DNA of 24,000 bases from Candidatus Synechococcus calcipolaris G9 (GTDB taxonomy: Bacteria; Cyanobacteriota; Cyanobacteriia; Thermosynechococcales; Thermosynechococcaceae), in the NCBI RefSeq assembly GCF_029582805.1, contig NZ_JAKKUT010000002.1, forward strand, positions 1,613,747-1,637,746, in the 5' to 3' direction. Shown one piece after another: positions 16,622-24,000 of this stretch; positions within the stretch are counted from its first letter, which is position 1, and each line of letters begins with the position of its first letter. Made by a program: the position numbers and the translations under genes. Under the pieces are notes generated by a model, which was not told where the DNA came from, did not search any database, and was given only the letters and a program-made list of their open reading frames with translations.

Positions 16622-17332
16622 TTGGGATTCAATACCGGATTATTCAGGGAGGAGCCTGTTATCGTTAAATTAGCTAAACCCCCCCTAACTACTCCCATTC
16701 CTACGGCCAGTGCCTCGGTCTATCAAGATACCTGGTTGGATCGCCTTTGTATTTACATCCTGAAAGCTCAAATCAGTCGAGTGATTGGCCAAAAAACAAG
16801 TTTGCCGGGGTATGAGGGATTTGTGGCTCTGTCCAAGCAGGTGATGATTGGTCGGGATACTCAAGAGCAGCAGGCAGCGATCGCCCATGTACTCCGTTCA
16901 ACCATTCCCCCTTGGATGACTCGCCCTATTCGCCGTCTGTTTCAGCCAAATCGCTGGGTCTGTGAAACCAATGCCTGGTTTGCAACGGTTTTATTTCAGT
17001 GGTTGGTGGGCCCCTGCGATCGCCATAGTGTGGATATTGTGGATCAAACAGGTCAGACCCACCAGCAAAACAGTGGGGTTCATATTCAGAAATGCCGCTA
17101 CTTAGAACAAAGTCAATGTGTTGGCCTCTGTATTAACCTCTGTAAAGTTCCCACCCAGACCTTTTTCAGCGAAGAGTTGGGGATTCCCCTCACCCTCACC
17201 CCCAATTTTGAGGACTTCAGTTGTGAAATGGTCTTTGGTCAACAGCCACCGCCCCTGGAAACGGAACCGGCCTACCATCAGCCCTGTATTGCCCAAACCC
17301 ATGGCTCTTCCCCATGTCCCAAGGTGCGGTAA
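16622..17332 (+). CDS. DUF4033 protein, homologue of plant beta-carotene isomerase D27
   Basis: 236-aa ORF. The C-terminal block VHIQKCRYLEQSQCVGLCINLCKVPTQTFFSEELGIPLTLTPNFEDFSCEMVFGQQPPPLE closely matches the D27 family signature (KCRYLE..GC.G.C.N.CK.PTQ.FF....G.PL.M.PNFED.SCEM..GQ.PP). The only available in-frame start is TTG 16622, so the start is uncertain. Confidence 0.8.
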   Translation: MGFNTGLFREEPVIVKLAKPPLTTPIPTASASVYQDTWLDRLCIYILKAQISRVIGQKTSLPGYEGFVALSKQVMIGRDTQEQQAAIAHVLRSTIPPWMTRPIRRLFQPNRWVCETNAWFATVLFQWLVGPCDRHSVDIVDQTGQTHQQNSGVHIQKCRYLEQSQCVGLCINLCKVPTQTFFSEELGIPLTLTPNFEDFSCEMVFGQQPPPLETEPAYHQPCIAQTHGSSPCPKVR

Positions 17333-17497
17333 TTATTTTGCAGGGATTATAATTAATCAATTGGGGAGACAATCCCAAGGACAGTTTGATAACTGCCTCT
17401 GCATAGAGATGGGGGCCGGTGGGTAAGTTTTATAGTGTCATAAGACGCGATCGGGCCAAAGATTGACTAGAGATTTAGTAGTGAGGGTGTGAGGTTC

Positions 17498-18202
17498 ATG
17501 CCTAAGTTCAAATATTTATCGTTGCAACTGGCTGCGGGTTTAACGGCCAGCTTCCTGGCTAGTTGTGGGTTTTTGGTGAGTGAAACCGAGGTAGTGGTTC
17601 CGCCGCCACCCCCACCGCCCCCTGCGCCAACCCCCGTTACCGCCGCCCCTGCACCCCTCCTAGAGAGCTTGGCCAAGCCGACGCAGCCGGAAGCGCGCTT
17701 GAGTACCCTGAAGCCGGGAGAACAGGTGGGCCGGGCCAATCCCTTTGAACCAGTGAGTACAGGAGAGGAGGGGACAGCCATTCTCAGCAGTAGTGATGTG
17801 CCCCTATTACGGCCGGGAACCTACCGCTCGCCGGAAGAAATTAGTGCCAGCCTCAGAAATATCCGCACAGCGATCGCCGCGAGTCCAGGAGGTATTGTAG
17901 GTGGCCCCGGTGGTACCATCGCGCCACCGCCCCCGCCGCCAACCCCCACCGAGGCCCAGGGGGTGCGTGTCTTTGGAGTAGCGGCCATTAATGGCATCAC
18001 CCGTGCCGTCGTCCGGGCTCCAAACGAATCCGTGACCCGTACCGTTCAGGTGGGAGATACCTTAGGCGGTGGAGTGCGGGTTACGGCCATTGAAGCCTAT
18101 CGCACCGATCCGGTGGTTGTGCTGGAGCAGTATGGGCAAACGGTGCGGATTAGTGTGGGCCAATCTCCGGTGTCCCAAGGTGATGCCCCCCCTGTGCTGT
18201 AG
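17498..18202 (+). CDS. Lipoprotein with poly-proline linkers and PilP/GspC-HR-like C-terminal domain
   Basis: 234 aa counted from ATG 17498 (the track start, GTG 17489, is 3 codons upstream). Lipobox FLASC. Two Pro runs (PPPPPPPPAPTP and PPPPPPTPT). GRANPFEP motif. C-terminal beta-rich segment VRVFGVAAINGITRAVVRAPNESVTRTVQVGDTLGGGVRVTAIE. The family call is by pattern only. Confidence 0.7.
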   Translation: MPKFKYLSLQLAAGLTASFLASCGFLVSETEVVVPPPPPPPPAPTPVTAAPAPLLESLAKPTQPEARLSTLKPGEQVGRANPFEPVSTGEEGTAILSSSDVPLLRPGTYRSPEEISASLRNIRTAIAASPGGIVGGPGGTIAPPPPPPTPTEAQGVRVFGVAAINGITRAVVRAPNESVTRTVQVGDTLGGGVRVTAIEAYRTDPVVVLEQYGQTVRISVGQSPVSQGDAPPVL

Positions 18203-18320
18203 TGCCTTTTCGACCTTTTGATCGATCTCTTTGTCTAGTGTAGGTTCCCAATTTTTTCGGTATAATCCTTAGCAGAATGGCTGTGTAAATAACGCCAATA
18301 TCCCCCATACCCTAGGTTTT

Positions 18321-18980
18321 ATGACAACCTCAGCATCTGCATCAACGCTATCTCCAGACCAGTCATCGGTGTGGATTAAGGGTCTACTTAGTGTGGCCTG
18401 GGCCGACGGTCACTTTGACCCTGAGGAGCAAAAACTGATCACGGATTTGATTCAGGATGAAATTGCACCGGAGTTTTCCCTTAGCTCCTTTGAACCCGTT
18501 AAGGATGAGGAACTGATTGCGGCCCTGGGCGGCGATCGCGATCTGGCGGAAAACTTTATCCGAACAGCGGTGATGGTGGGGTTAGCCAACGGCATTTACT
18601 CCCAGGCAGAGGATGCGGAGTTACAGCGGTTTTGTCGGGCCCTAGGTTTACAAATTGATGCCCTCGATGCCCTGCAACACACCTTAGATGGCCACCACGA
18701 TGAGGCGATGAAGTCGGGGGATGCGGATCTCCTCAAGCCCATGCGTCAATGGCTCGATGGCATGGATGTCAAGGATGCAAAGGTTGCCCGTTTCCTCTGT
18801 CGCTTAATTCCGCCCCAATGTCCCTTTGAGCGAGATGTTACTCTGTTTGGCCGGAAAATTGTGCACATTCCCCCCCTGTGTAAGCTTAATCCCCTCTATG
18901 ATCAATTGGTGGGCCTCCGATTTCGTTCGTTAACCTATCTGGCGGATGAATGCAAAGAAGATATTACGCCCTACTGTTAG
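18321..18980 (+). CDS. TerB-like N-terminal domain fused to Mo-dependent-nitrogenase C-terminal-like (Mo-nitro_C) Cys-rich domain
   Basis: 219-aa ORF. The N-terminal half has two A(W)ADG/ANG...E(D)..L helical repeats (LLSVAWADGHFDPEEQKLITDLI; MVGLANGIYSQAEDAELQRFCRAL), as in TerB/DjlA-N. The C-terminal FLCRLIPPQCPFERDVTLFGRKIVHIPPLCKLNPLYDQLVGLRFRSLTYL matches the cyanobacterial Mo-nitro_C family as I remember it. Confidence 0.72.
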   Translation: MTTSASASTLSPDQSSVWIKGLLSVAWADGHFDPEEQKLITDLIQDEIAPEFSLSSFEPVKDEELIAALGGDRDLAENFIRTAVMVGLANGIYSQAEDAELQRFCRALGLQIDALDALQHTLDGHHDEAMKSGDADLLKPMRQWLDGMDVKDAKVARFLCRLIPPQCPFERDVTLFGRKIVHIPPLCKLNPLYDQLVGLRFRSLTYLADECKEDITPYC

Positions 18981-18998
18981 CCCATTATTCCTGAACCT

Positions 18999-20324
18999 AT
19001 GCCATCTAAAGCCAAAATTGCGATCGCCCACTTGGGCTGTGATAAAAATCGCGTTGATACGGAACATATCCTAGGATTACTGGTGGAAGCAGGGTATGGG
19101 GTGGATACGGACGAAGCGGCAGCGGACTACGTGATTGTTAACACCTGTAGTTTTATTCAGGCGGCACGGCAAGAGTCGGTACAGACCCTGGTGGAGCTAG
19201 CGGAAGCCAATAAAAAAATTGTGATTACGGGCTGTTTAGCCCAGCATTTCCAGTCCCAACTATTGGATGAAATTCCAGAAGCCGTTGCCGTGGTTGGCAG
19301 TGGCGACTATCAGCATATTGTAGAGGTGATTGAACGGGCCGAAGCAGGCGAGCGGGTAGAGCGGGTTAGTGCGGTTCCCAATTACATTGCCGATGAAACG
19401 ATTCCCCGCTATCGCACCACCCCCGAACCCATGGCCTATCTGCGGATTGCCGAAGGCTGTGACTATCGATGTGCCTTTTGTATTATTCCCCATCTACGGG
19501 GGAATCAGCGATCGCGCTCCATTGAATCCATTGTCCAAGAAGCCAACCAACTCGCCCAGGAAGGGGTTCAAGAAATCATTCTCGTCTCCCAAATCACGAC
19601 CAACTATGGCTTAGATCGCTATGGCCAACCCCAACTGGCGGAACTGCTGCGGGCCCTAGGTGCGGTGGATATTCCCTGGATTCGTATGCACTATGCCTAT
19701 CCCACCGGCTTGACTGATGCGGTGATTGCGGCGATGCGGGAGACCCCCAATATTCTGCCCTATCTGGATTTACCCCTCCAGCATTCCCATCCCGAGATTC
19801 TGCGGGCGATGAACCGGCCCTGGCAGGCCAATGTCAATGATCATGTGATGGAACGACTCAAGGCAAGTCTCCCGGATGCGGTCTTTCGGACGACGTTTAT
19901 TGTGGGCTTCCCCGGTGAAACGGAGGAGCATTTTGATCATTTATGTCAGTTTGTAGAGCGTCATCAATTTGATCATGTGGGCGTATTTACCTTTTCCCCG
20001 GAAGACGGTACCGCTGCCCATACCCTCCCCAACCAAGTCCCAGAGGAGATAAAAGATCATCGCCGCGATCGCCTCATGGCCCTACAGCAACCCATTTCCT
20101 ACCGGAATAATCAACGGCAAATTGGCTTAACGGTTCCGGTTTTAATTGAACAGGAAAACCCCCAGACTGGAGAATGGATCGGGCGATCTCCCCGGTTTAG
20201 TGCCGATGTGGATGGGGTTGTGTACGTTAAGGGGCCAGCCCAAATCGGACGCATTCTTCCCGTGGAAATTACCGCCGCAGATCCCTACGATCTCTATGGC
20301 ATCACCCATCTTCGCGAGGATTAG
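18999..20324 (+). CDS. rimO: Ribosomal protein S12 methylthiotransferase RimO
   Basis: 441-aa ORF. N-terminal MTTase domain ([11 protein letters not shown]), radical-SAM CDYRCAFC, C-terminal TRAM-like region. It starts 18 bp after the preceding gene. Confidence 0.93.
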   Translation: MPSKAKIAIAHLGCDKNRVDTEHILGLLVEAGYGVDTDEAAADYVIVNTCSFIQAARQESVQTLVELAEANKKIVITGCLAQHFQSQLLDEIPEAVAVVGSGDYQHIVEVIERAEAGERVERVSAVPNYIADETIPRYRTTPEPMAYLRIAEGCDYRCAFCIIPHLRGNQRSRSIESIVQEANQLAQEGVQEIILVSQITTNYGLDRYGQPQLAELLRALGAVDIPWIRMHYAYPTGLTDAVIAAMRETPNILPYLDLPLQHSHPEILRAMNRPWQANVNDHVMERLKASLPDAVFRTTFIVGFPGETEEHFDHLCQFVERHQFDHVGVFTFSPEDGTAAHTLPNQVPEEIKDHRRDRLMALQQPISYRNNQRQIGLTVPVLIEQENPQTGEWIGRSPRFSADVDGVVYVKGPAQIGRILPVEITAADPYDLYGITHLRED

Positions 20325-20333
20325 TCCAGTCCA

Positions 20334-20792
20334 TTAACCCACCCAGGGAACACTTGATGTGGATGGTTTACTGGCTCTTGGGGGCGGCTGCTTTTGACTC
20401 TCCTGGGTGGAAATATTCCCTAGCTGATCCCCATGGGATAGGACCTCCGGGCGGTACATTGTTGGATAGTGAAAATGGAAACTTGACGTTCCCAAAATAA
20501 AAACATCCTGATCGTGGAGCAGCGTATTGTGCTCTAGGGGATAGCCATTGAGTAAAACGCCATTGCTGCTATGGTTATCCGCTAGGAAGTAGAGGGGTTG
20601 ATCTTGAAAAATAAAGGATTGAATAATGGCATGACAGCGGGAGAGATGGGGATCATCCACGACAATGCGACAGTCCATACTGCGGCCAATTGTCCAACGG
20701 ATGCCGCCCCAGAGAGTAATCTGCCGTTTAGGTTGCCCCCGTTGACGGATCACTAGCCAGGCAGATGCCGTTGAACCAGGATGACTCGACAT
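20334..20792 (-). CDS. FHA domain-containing protein (stand-alone)
   Basis: 152 aa counted from ATG 20792 (TTG 20801 is also possible). FHA core WTIGRSMDCRIVVDDPHLSRCHAII....SSNGVLLNG. Low-complexity Ser/Pro/Gln tail. Its stop lies 9 nt from the convergent rimO stop. Confidence 0.85.
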   Translation of the reverse strand: MSSHPGSTASAWLVIRQRGQPKRQITLWGGIRWTIGRSMDCRIVVDDPHLSRCHAIIQSFIFQDQPLYFLADNHSSNGVLLNGYPLEHNTLLHDQDVFILGTSSFHFHYPTMYRPEVLSHGDQLGNISTQESQKQPPPRASKPSTSSVPWVG

Positions 20793-20857
20793 GATGCCCA
20801 AGAGAGTTAAGAAACTTTTCTGATGCTGACCGTGATTTGAGGTCGAAAAACTCCCCC

Positions 20858-21355
20858 CTAGTCTTCAGCATAACCAGAAATATCTTGATAACCGGAAATA
20901 TCTTGGCGAAGGGAGATGGCTTGACCGATGGCAAAACTCCGGGCAATTTGATCACACCGCTCGTTTCCCAGATTGCCACTGTGGCCACGCACATGGGCCC
21001 AGGTGATCTTTGAACTATTTAACTGGTCTAGGATTTGCCAAAGGTCTTGGTTGAGGACGGGTTTCTTCGCGGATGTTTGCCATCCCCGCCGCTTCCAGCC
21101 TCCAATCCATTGGGTAATTCCTTTTTGGACGTATTCGCTATCGGTATAGAGGGTAATGGAAGAGGGGGGAAACTGCTGCCAAAATTCCAGAGCCGCGATC
21201 GCCGCCTGAAGTTCCATGCGATTATTGGTGGTGTGGGGGGCATGGCCACCCAACTCTTGGATGCGGTCATTCTCAAAATAAACCAACACACCCCAGCCCC
21301 CGGGACCCGGATTGCCTTCACAGGCCCCATCGGTATAAATCGACGTAATTTTCAA
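20858..21355 (-). CDS. rnhA: Ribonuclease HI
   Basis: 165-aa [53 protein letters not shown] start (caa at 21353-21355). The C-terminal extension contains a [12 protein letters not shown] duplication. Confidence 0.92.
   Translation of the reverse strand: MKITSIYTDGACEGNPGPGGWGVLVYFENDRIQELGGHAPHTTNNRMELQAAIAALEFWQQFPPSSITLYTDSEYVQKGITQWIGGWKRRGWQTSAKKPVLNQDLWQILDQLNSSKITWAHVRGHSGNLGNERCDQIARSFAIGQAISLRQDISGYQDISGYAED
20870..20905 (-). repeat. In-frame 18-bp tandem duplication at the rnhA 3' end
   Basis: ATAACCAGAAATATCTTG (20870-20887) and ATAACCGGAAATATCTTG (20888-20905), with one mismatch. They encode QDISGY twice. Confidence 0.95.
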
Positions 21356-21357
21356 AG

Positions 21358-21388
21358 TCTTTACTAAAAATCTTTACTATCTTTATTA
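21358..21388. repeat. Three copies of a 9-bp motif abutting the rnhA start codon
   Basis: TCTTTACTA (21358-21366), AAAA, TCTTTACTA (21371-21379), TCTTTATTA (21380-21388). The first copy begins 3 nt upstream of the TTG start on the minus strand. Confidence 0.9.
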
Positions 21389-21441
21389 GGTCTTGCAAAT
21401 ATTACAACTAGTACAGCGGCGCATCGCTCACTCTAGCAGGA

Positions 21442-21738
21442 TTAGCCAAGGGCCCGACTATACCACTGCTGCTCCTCAGAACTACATTGCACGGGACAGG
21501 ATAAACGCTCAGGATTCAGAAAATCGCTGTAGCGATCGCTGGCCATGTCACGGATCAGGCTAAGGCGGGTGTCAATATAGGAGTTCAAGTGATCCAACTG
21601 GTAGCCCTCTAAATGCTGTTGATGATTGAACTGGGCTAGTAACCACTGGGATAGGGAGGCATCATCCAAGTTAAGTAATATAGCGGCCTGGGTACATTCG
21701 ACAAACTTCCAGAACTGCCGGAGTAGAGACGGTGTCAT
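21442..21738 (-). CDS. Hypothetical protein (98 aa), no recognisable domain
   Basis: ATG 21738 preceded by GAGAGG with a 7-nt spacer (the track start, GTG 21774, lacks an SD). Product: MTPSLLRQFWKFVECTQAAILLNLDDASLSQWLLAQFNHQQHLEGY... It looks helical and has no signal peptide or TM segment. AT-rich spacers flank it on both sides. Confidence 0.6.
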   Translation of the reverse strand: MTPSLLRQFWKFVECTQAAILLNLDDASLSQWLLAQFNHQQHLEGYQLDHLNSYIDTRLSLIRDMASDRYSDFLNPERLSCPVQCSSEEQQWYSRALG

Positions 21739-21897
21739 AGGGTGACCTCTCTTAAGCTTTTCTTCATACTTCACACCTTAGCGGTGTTTTCTAACCTGCG
21801 GCCTAGTTTACATAAACATGCAACTAAAGTTACTGAATGCTCATGAAATTTTGTAACTTTTTCTAAAGAGTTTTAACCAATCTCAGAATTATGCCCC

Positions 21898-23619
21898 TTA
21901 GGATTTAGCCTTTGCGGTGCGGCTGGCCCGCTGCTTTTCCTTTTGTTTGCTGCGTTTTTCCGCTGCTTTCCGTTCCCGATCCGCTTGGATGAGCTTTAAG
22001 CGTTCCGCCTCCTTTTCCTCAGCAACTTTATCCAGGTAGTAATGGTAGTCGCCTCGGTAGAGCCGGAGTTGGCCATCCTGAATGTCCACGATTTTATTAG
22101 CTGCCTTAGAAATAAAATAGCGATCGTGGGAGACGAGAATCACCGTCCCTTCATAATGTTGCAGTGCTTCCTCTAGCATTTCCTTGGCTGGAATATCCAG
22201 GTGATTAGTCGGCTCGTCCAAAATTAATAAATTGACCGGTTGCAGCAGCATTTTTGCCAGGGCCAAGCGGGCTTTTTCGCCGCCGCTGAGGGCCGCCACT
22301 TTTTTGAAGACAGTTTCGCCGCTAAACAAAAATCGCCCCAGCAGGGTTCGTACTTCTTCGTTTGTCCAGTCTGGGACTTCGTCGTGGATGGTTTCCATCA
22401 CGGTTTTATCTAAATCCAGGGCCTCTGCTTGATTTTGCTCAAAGTAGCCCGGAATGACGTTGTGATCTCCCAATTTGATCGTGCCCTCACTCGGCTTTTC
22501 TGAACCCAGGATCAGGCGTAGCAGGGTGGATTTACCGGCTCCATTGGGGCCTAAAAAGGCAATGCGATCGCCCCGTTCAATGAGTAAATTGGCATCTAGA
22601 AACAAAATATTATCGCCGTAGGTATGGGTCATACCCTGGATTTCCACCACCTCGCGACCACTGCGGGGAGCTGCCGGAAACCGAAAATGGAGCGTCCGGC
22701 TTTTGTAGGTGGGGGCCTCAATCCGCTCTACTTTTTCCAACTGCTTTTCCCGGCTTTTGGCCTGGGTACTGCGGGTGGCACTGGCCCGGAAGCGATCCAC
22801 AAAGGTTTGTTGTTTCTCTAGTTCCTTTTGTTGGCGTTCGTAGGCACTCAGTTGGGCCTCTTGCCGCTCGGCCTTCTGCTGAAGATAGGCGGAATAATTC
22901 CCCAGGTAGGTGGTGGAGACCCCCCGCTCCGTTTCCACAATCTGGGTACAGAGGCGATCCAGAAACTCCCGGTCATGGGAAACAATCACCATTGGCGTTG
23001 TTAAGCCCTTCAGGTAACGCTCTAGCCATTCAATGGTTTCCAGGTCTAGGTGGTTTGTCGGTTCATCCAGGAGAAGCAGATCCGGCTCTTGTAAGAGAAT
23101 TTTGCCCAGATTCATTCGCATTTGCCAGCCACCGCTATAGGAACTGACGAGGCGATCGCCATCCTCCGAGCTAAACCCCATCTCCGGTAAAATTTTCTCA
23201 ATCCGGGCATCCAGTCCATAGCCATCTAGGGCCTCAAATTCCCGTTGCAGCCGATCCATGGTGTGAAGTAGTTGATCTAACCGTTCCGGAGTTGCCGTTT
23301 CCATCTCCTGGTGAACCTGGAGCAGGGCCCCATGCACCTCATTGGCTACCCTAAAGGCCCGCCAAAACTCTTCCCGGACGGTGCGGGTGGGTTCAATATC
23401 AAATTCCTGGTTCAGGTAGGCAATTTTCAGGCTGTCGGGACGAATAATTTCTCCGGCCGTTGGCTCTACCTCTCCCATAATGATTTTTAACTGGGTTGAC
23501 TTACCGGCCCCATTGACACCCACTAGGCCAATGCGATCGCCGGGCTTCACCTCCCAGTTAATATCTTTGAGGACTTCCCCGGTGGGATAGATTTTACGAA
23601 TATGATCTAAACGCAGCAC
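21898..23619 (-). CDS. ABC-F family ATPase (two ABC domains, translation-factor type)
   Basis: Two nucleotide-binding domains and no TM segments. Walker A GVNGAGKST and GPNGAGKST, signatures YSGGWQMR and LSGGEKARL, Walker B LLLLDEPTNHLD and LLILDEPTNHLD. Inter-domain linker and Lys/Arg/Glu-rich C-terminal tail. The GTG start at 23619 (AGGAG about 10 nt upstream) gives the canonical MLRLDHIRKIY N-terminus. The track start, TTG 23661, is less likely. Confidence 0.92.
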   Translation of the reverse strand: MLRLDHIRKIYPTGEVLKDINWEVKPGDRIGLVGVNGAGKSTQLKIIMGEVEPTAGEIIRPDSLKIAYLNQEFDIEPTRTVREEFWRAFRVANEVHGALLQVHQEMETATPERLDQLLHTMDRLQREFEALDGYGLDARIEKILPEMGFSSEDGDRLVSSYSGGWQMRMNLGKILLQEPDLLLLDEPTNHLDLETIEWLERYLKGLTTPMVIVSHDREFLDRLCTQIVETERGVSTTYLGNYSAYLQQKAERQEAQLSAYERQQKELEKQQTFVDRFRASATRSTQAKSREKQLEKVERIEAPTYKSRTLHFRFPAAPRSGREVVEIQGMTHTYGDNILFLDANLLIERGDRIAFLGPNGAGKSTLLRLILGSEKPSEGTIKLGDHNVIPGYFEQNQAEALDLDKTVMETIHDEVPDWTNEEVRTLLGRFLFSGETVFKKVAALSGGEKARLALAKMLLQPVNLLILDEPTNHLDIPAKEMLEEALQHYEGTVILVSHDRYFISKAANKIVDIQDGQLRLYRGDYHYYLDKVAEEKEAERLKLIQADRERKAAEKRSKQKEKQRASRTAKAKS

Positions 23620-23778
23620 AATAAATAAACTCCTGGGCGATCGCGGATTGAGGAACAGCAAACCATACTAGTCTAGCCAGTGAAGTAATATTAAGTAACA
23701 TCGATCAAAAAATATTTGCGACCAAATATCCTGTTCTCAGTTGCCAGCAACGAACCAGGCCTTTAGAATCAAAAAGCA

Positions 23779-24000
23779 ATGGGTTCAGGTGTGGTGGAGC
23801 AACGATTGATGGTCAAAATGATGGCAAAAGCAGCCGTTTATCAATTGGGATTGGGTTTGGGCCTGGCGGCAACGGTGTTCAGTGCCGGTTTAGGTTTGGC
23901 AGAAGGCCTCGACACTCCAGAGTCTTCAGAGGTGTCCCGGTCAAATCCGGTTCAAGCCATTGATAGCCAACCCCTGGTTATTCCAGTTCAACCCGTGGAT
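23779..24000 (+). CDS. 5' part of an exported protein gene running off the window (function unknown)
   Basis: Open frame from ATG 23779 to the window end (74 codons), absent from the ORF track. Later in-frame Met codons (MMAKAAVYQLGLGLGLAATVFSAGLGLA|EG) give a plausible signal peptide. The start codon is uncertain and the gene is truncated. Confidence 0.45.
   Translation, partial: MGSGVVEQRLMVKMMAKAAVYQLGLGLGLAATVFSAGLGLAEGLDTPESSEVSRSNPVQAIDSQPLVIPVQPVD

Noticed and set aside
17467-17781. 104-aa minus-strand ORF with a poly-Gly run
   Set aside because: It is the antisense image of the poly-Pro (CCN) tract of the lipoprotein gene and has no independent support.
21028-21367. 100-aa (minus) and 110-aa (plus) ORFs overlapping rnhA
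   Set aside because: They are alternative-frame or antisense shadows of rnhA, whose catalytic motifs identify the real frame.
21826-21860. AAAGTTAC-N19-GTAACTTT as an intrinsic terminator for the ABC-F gene or an NtcA-type site
   Set aside because: The stem is AU-rich with a 19-nt loop, so it is weak as a terminator. The spacing does not fit GTA-N8-TAC. It is kept only as a noted inverted repeat.
22232-22821. Two ~65-aa plus-strand ORFs inside the ABC-F gene
   Set aside because: They are antisense shadows within a gene that carries two complete ABC cassettes.

Overview
This 24-kb window is a cyanobacterial chromosomal segment. I hand-counted about 40 copies of the HIP1 octamer GCGATCGC, and the gene content includes psb30, CIRCE-controlled groESL and cyanobacterial-type conserved ORFs. 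I support about 30 protein-coding genes and found no rRNA, tRNA or CRISPR array. Most are housekeeping genes: recJ, pgk, groES/groEL, an SSADH-type aldehyde dehydrogenase, purA, rplY, PrxQ/BCP peroxiredoxin, rimO, rnhA, an ABC-F ATPase and an ABC ATPase. One real gene falls below the ORF-track cutoff: psb30/ycf12, 42 codons at 1304-1432. The accessory material is small. It comprises a 244-bp internally deleted IS/MITE-like element with perfect 12-bp terminal inverted repeats (5106-5349), which supplies the last codons of the upstream GST-like gene, and a solitary hicB-like antitoxin in an AT-rich islet downstream of groEL. I do not see a clear multi-gene novel system such as a defence island or biosynthetic cluster. 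The most interesting single loci are a stand-alone lipoprotein with PilP-like architecture (17498-18202), a secreted Gly/Gln/Met-rich tandem-repeat protein divergently paired with a signal-peptide-bearing peroxiredoxin (13646-14662), a TerB-like/Mo-nitrogenase-C fusion protein next to rimO, a D27-like (DUF4033) protein, and partner-less signalling and transport genes (RsbW-like kinase, DevC-like permease, FHA protein). All family assignments come from motif recognition by eye, since no searches could be run.
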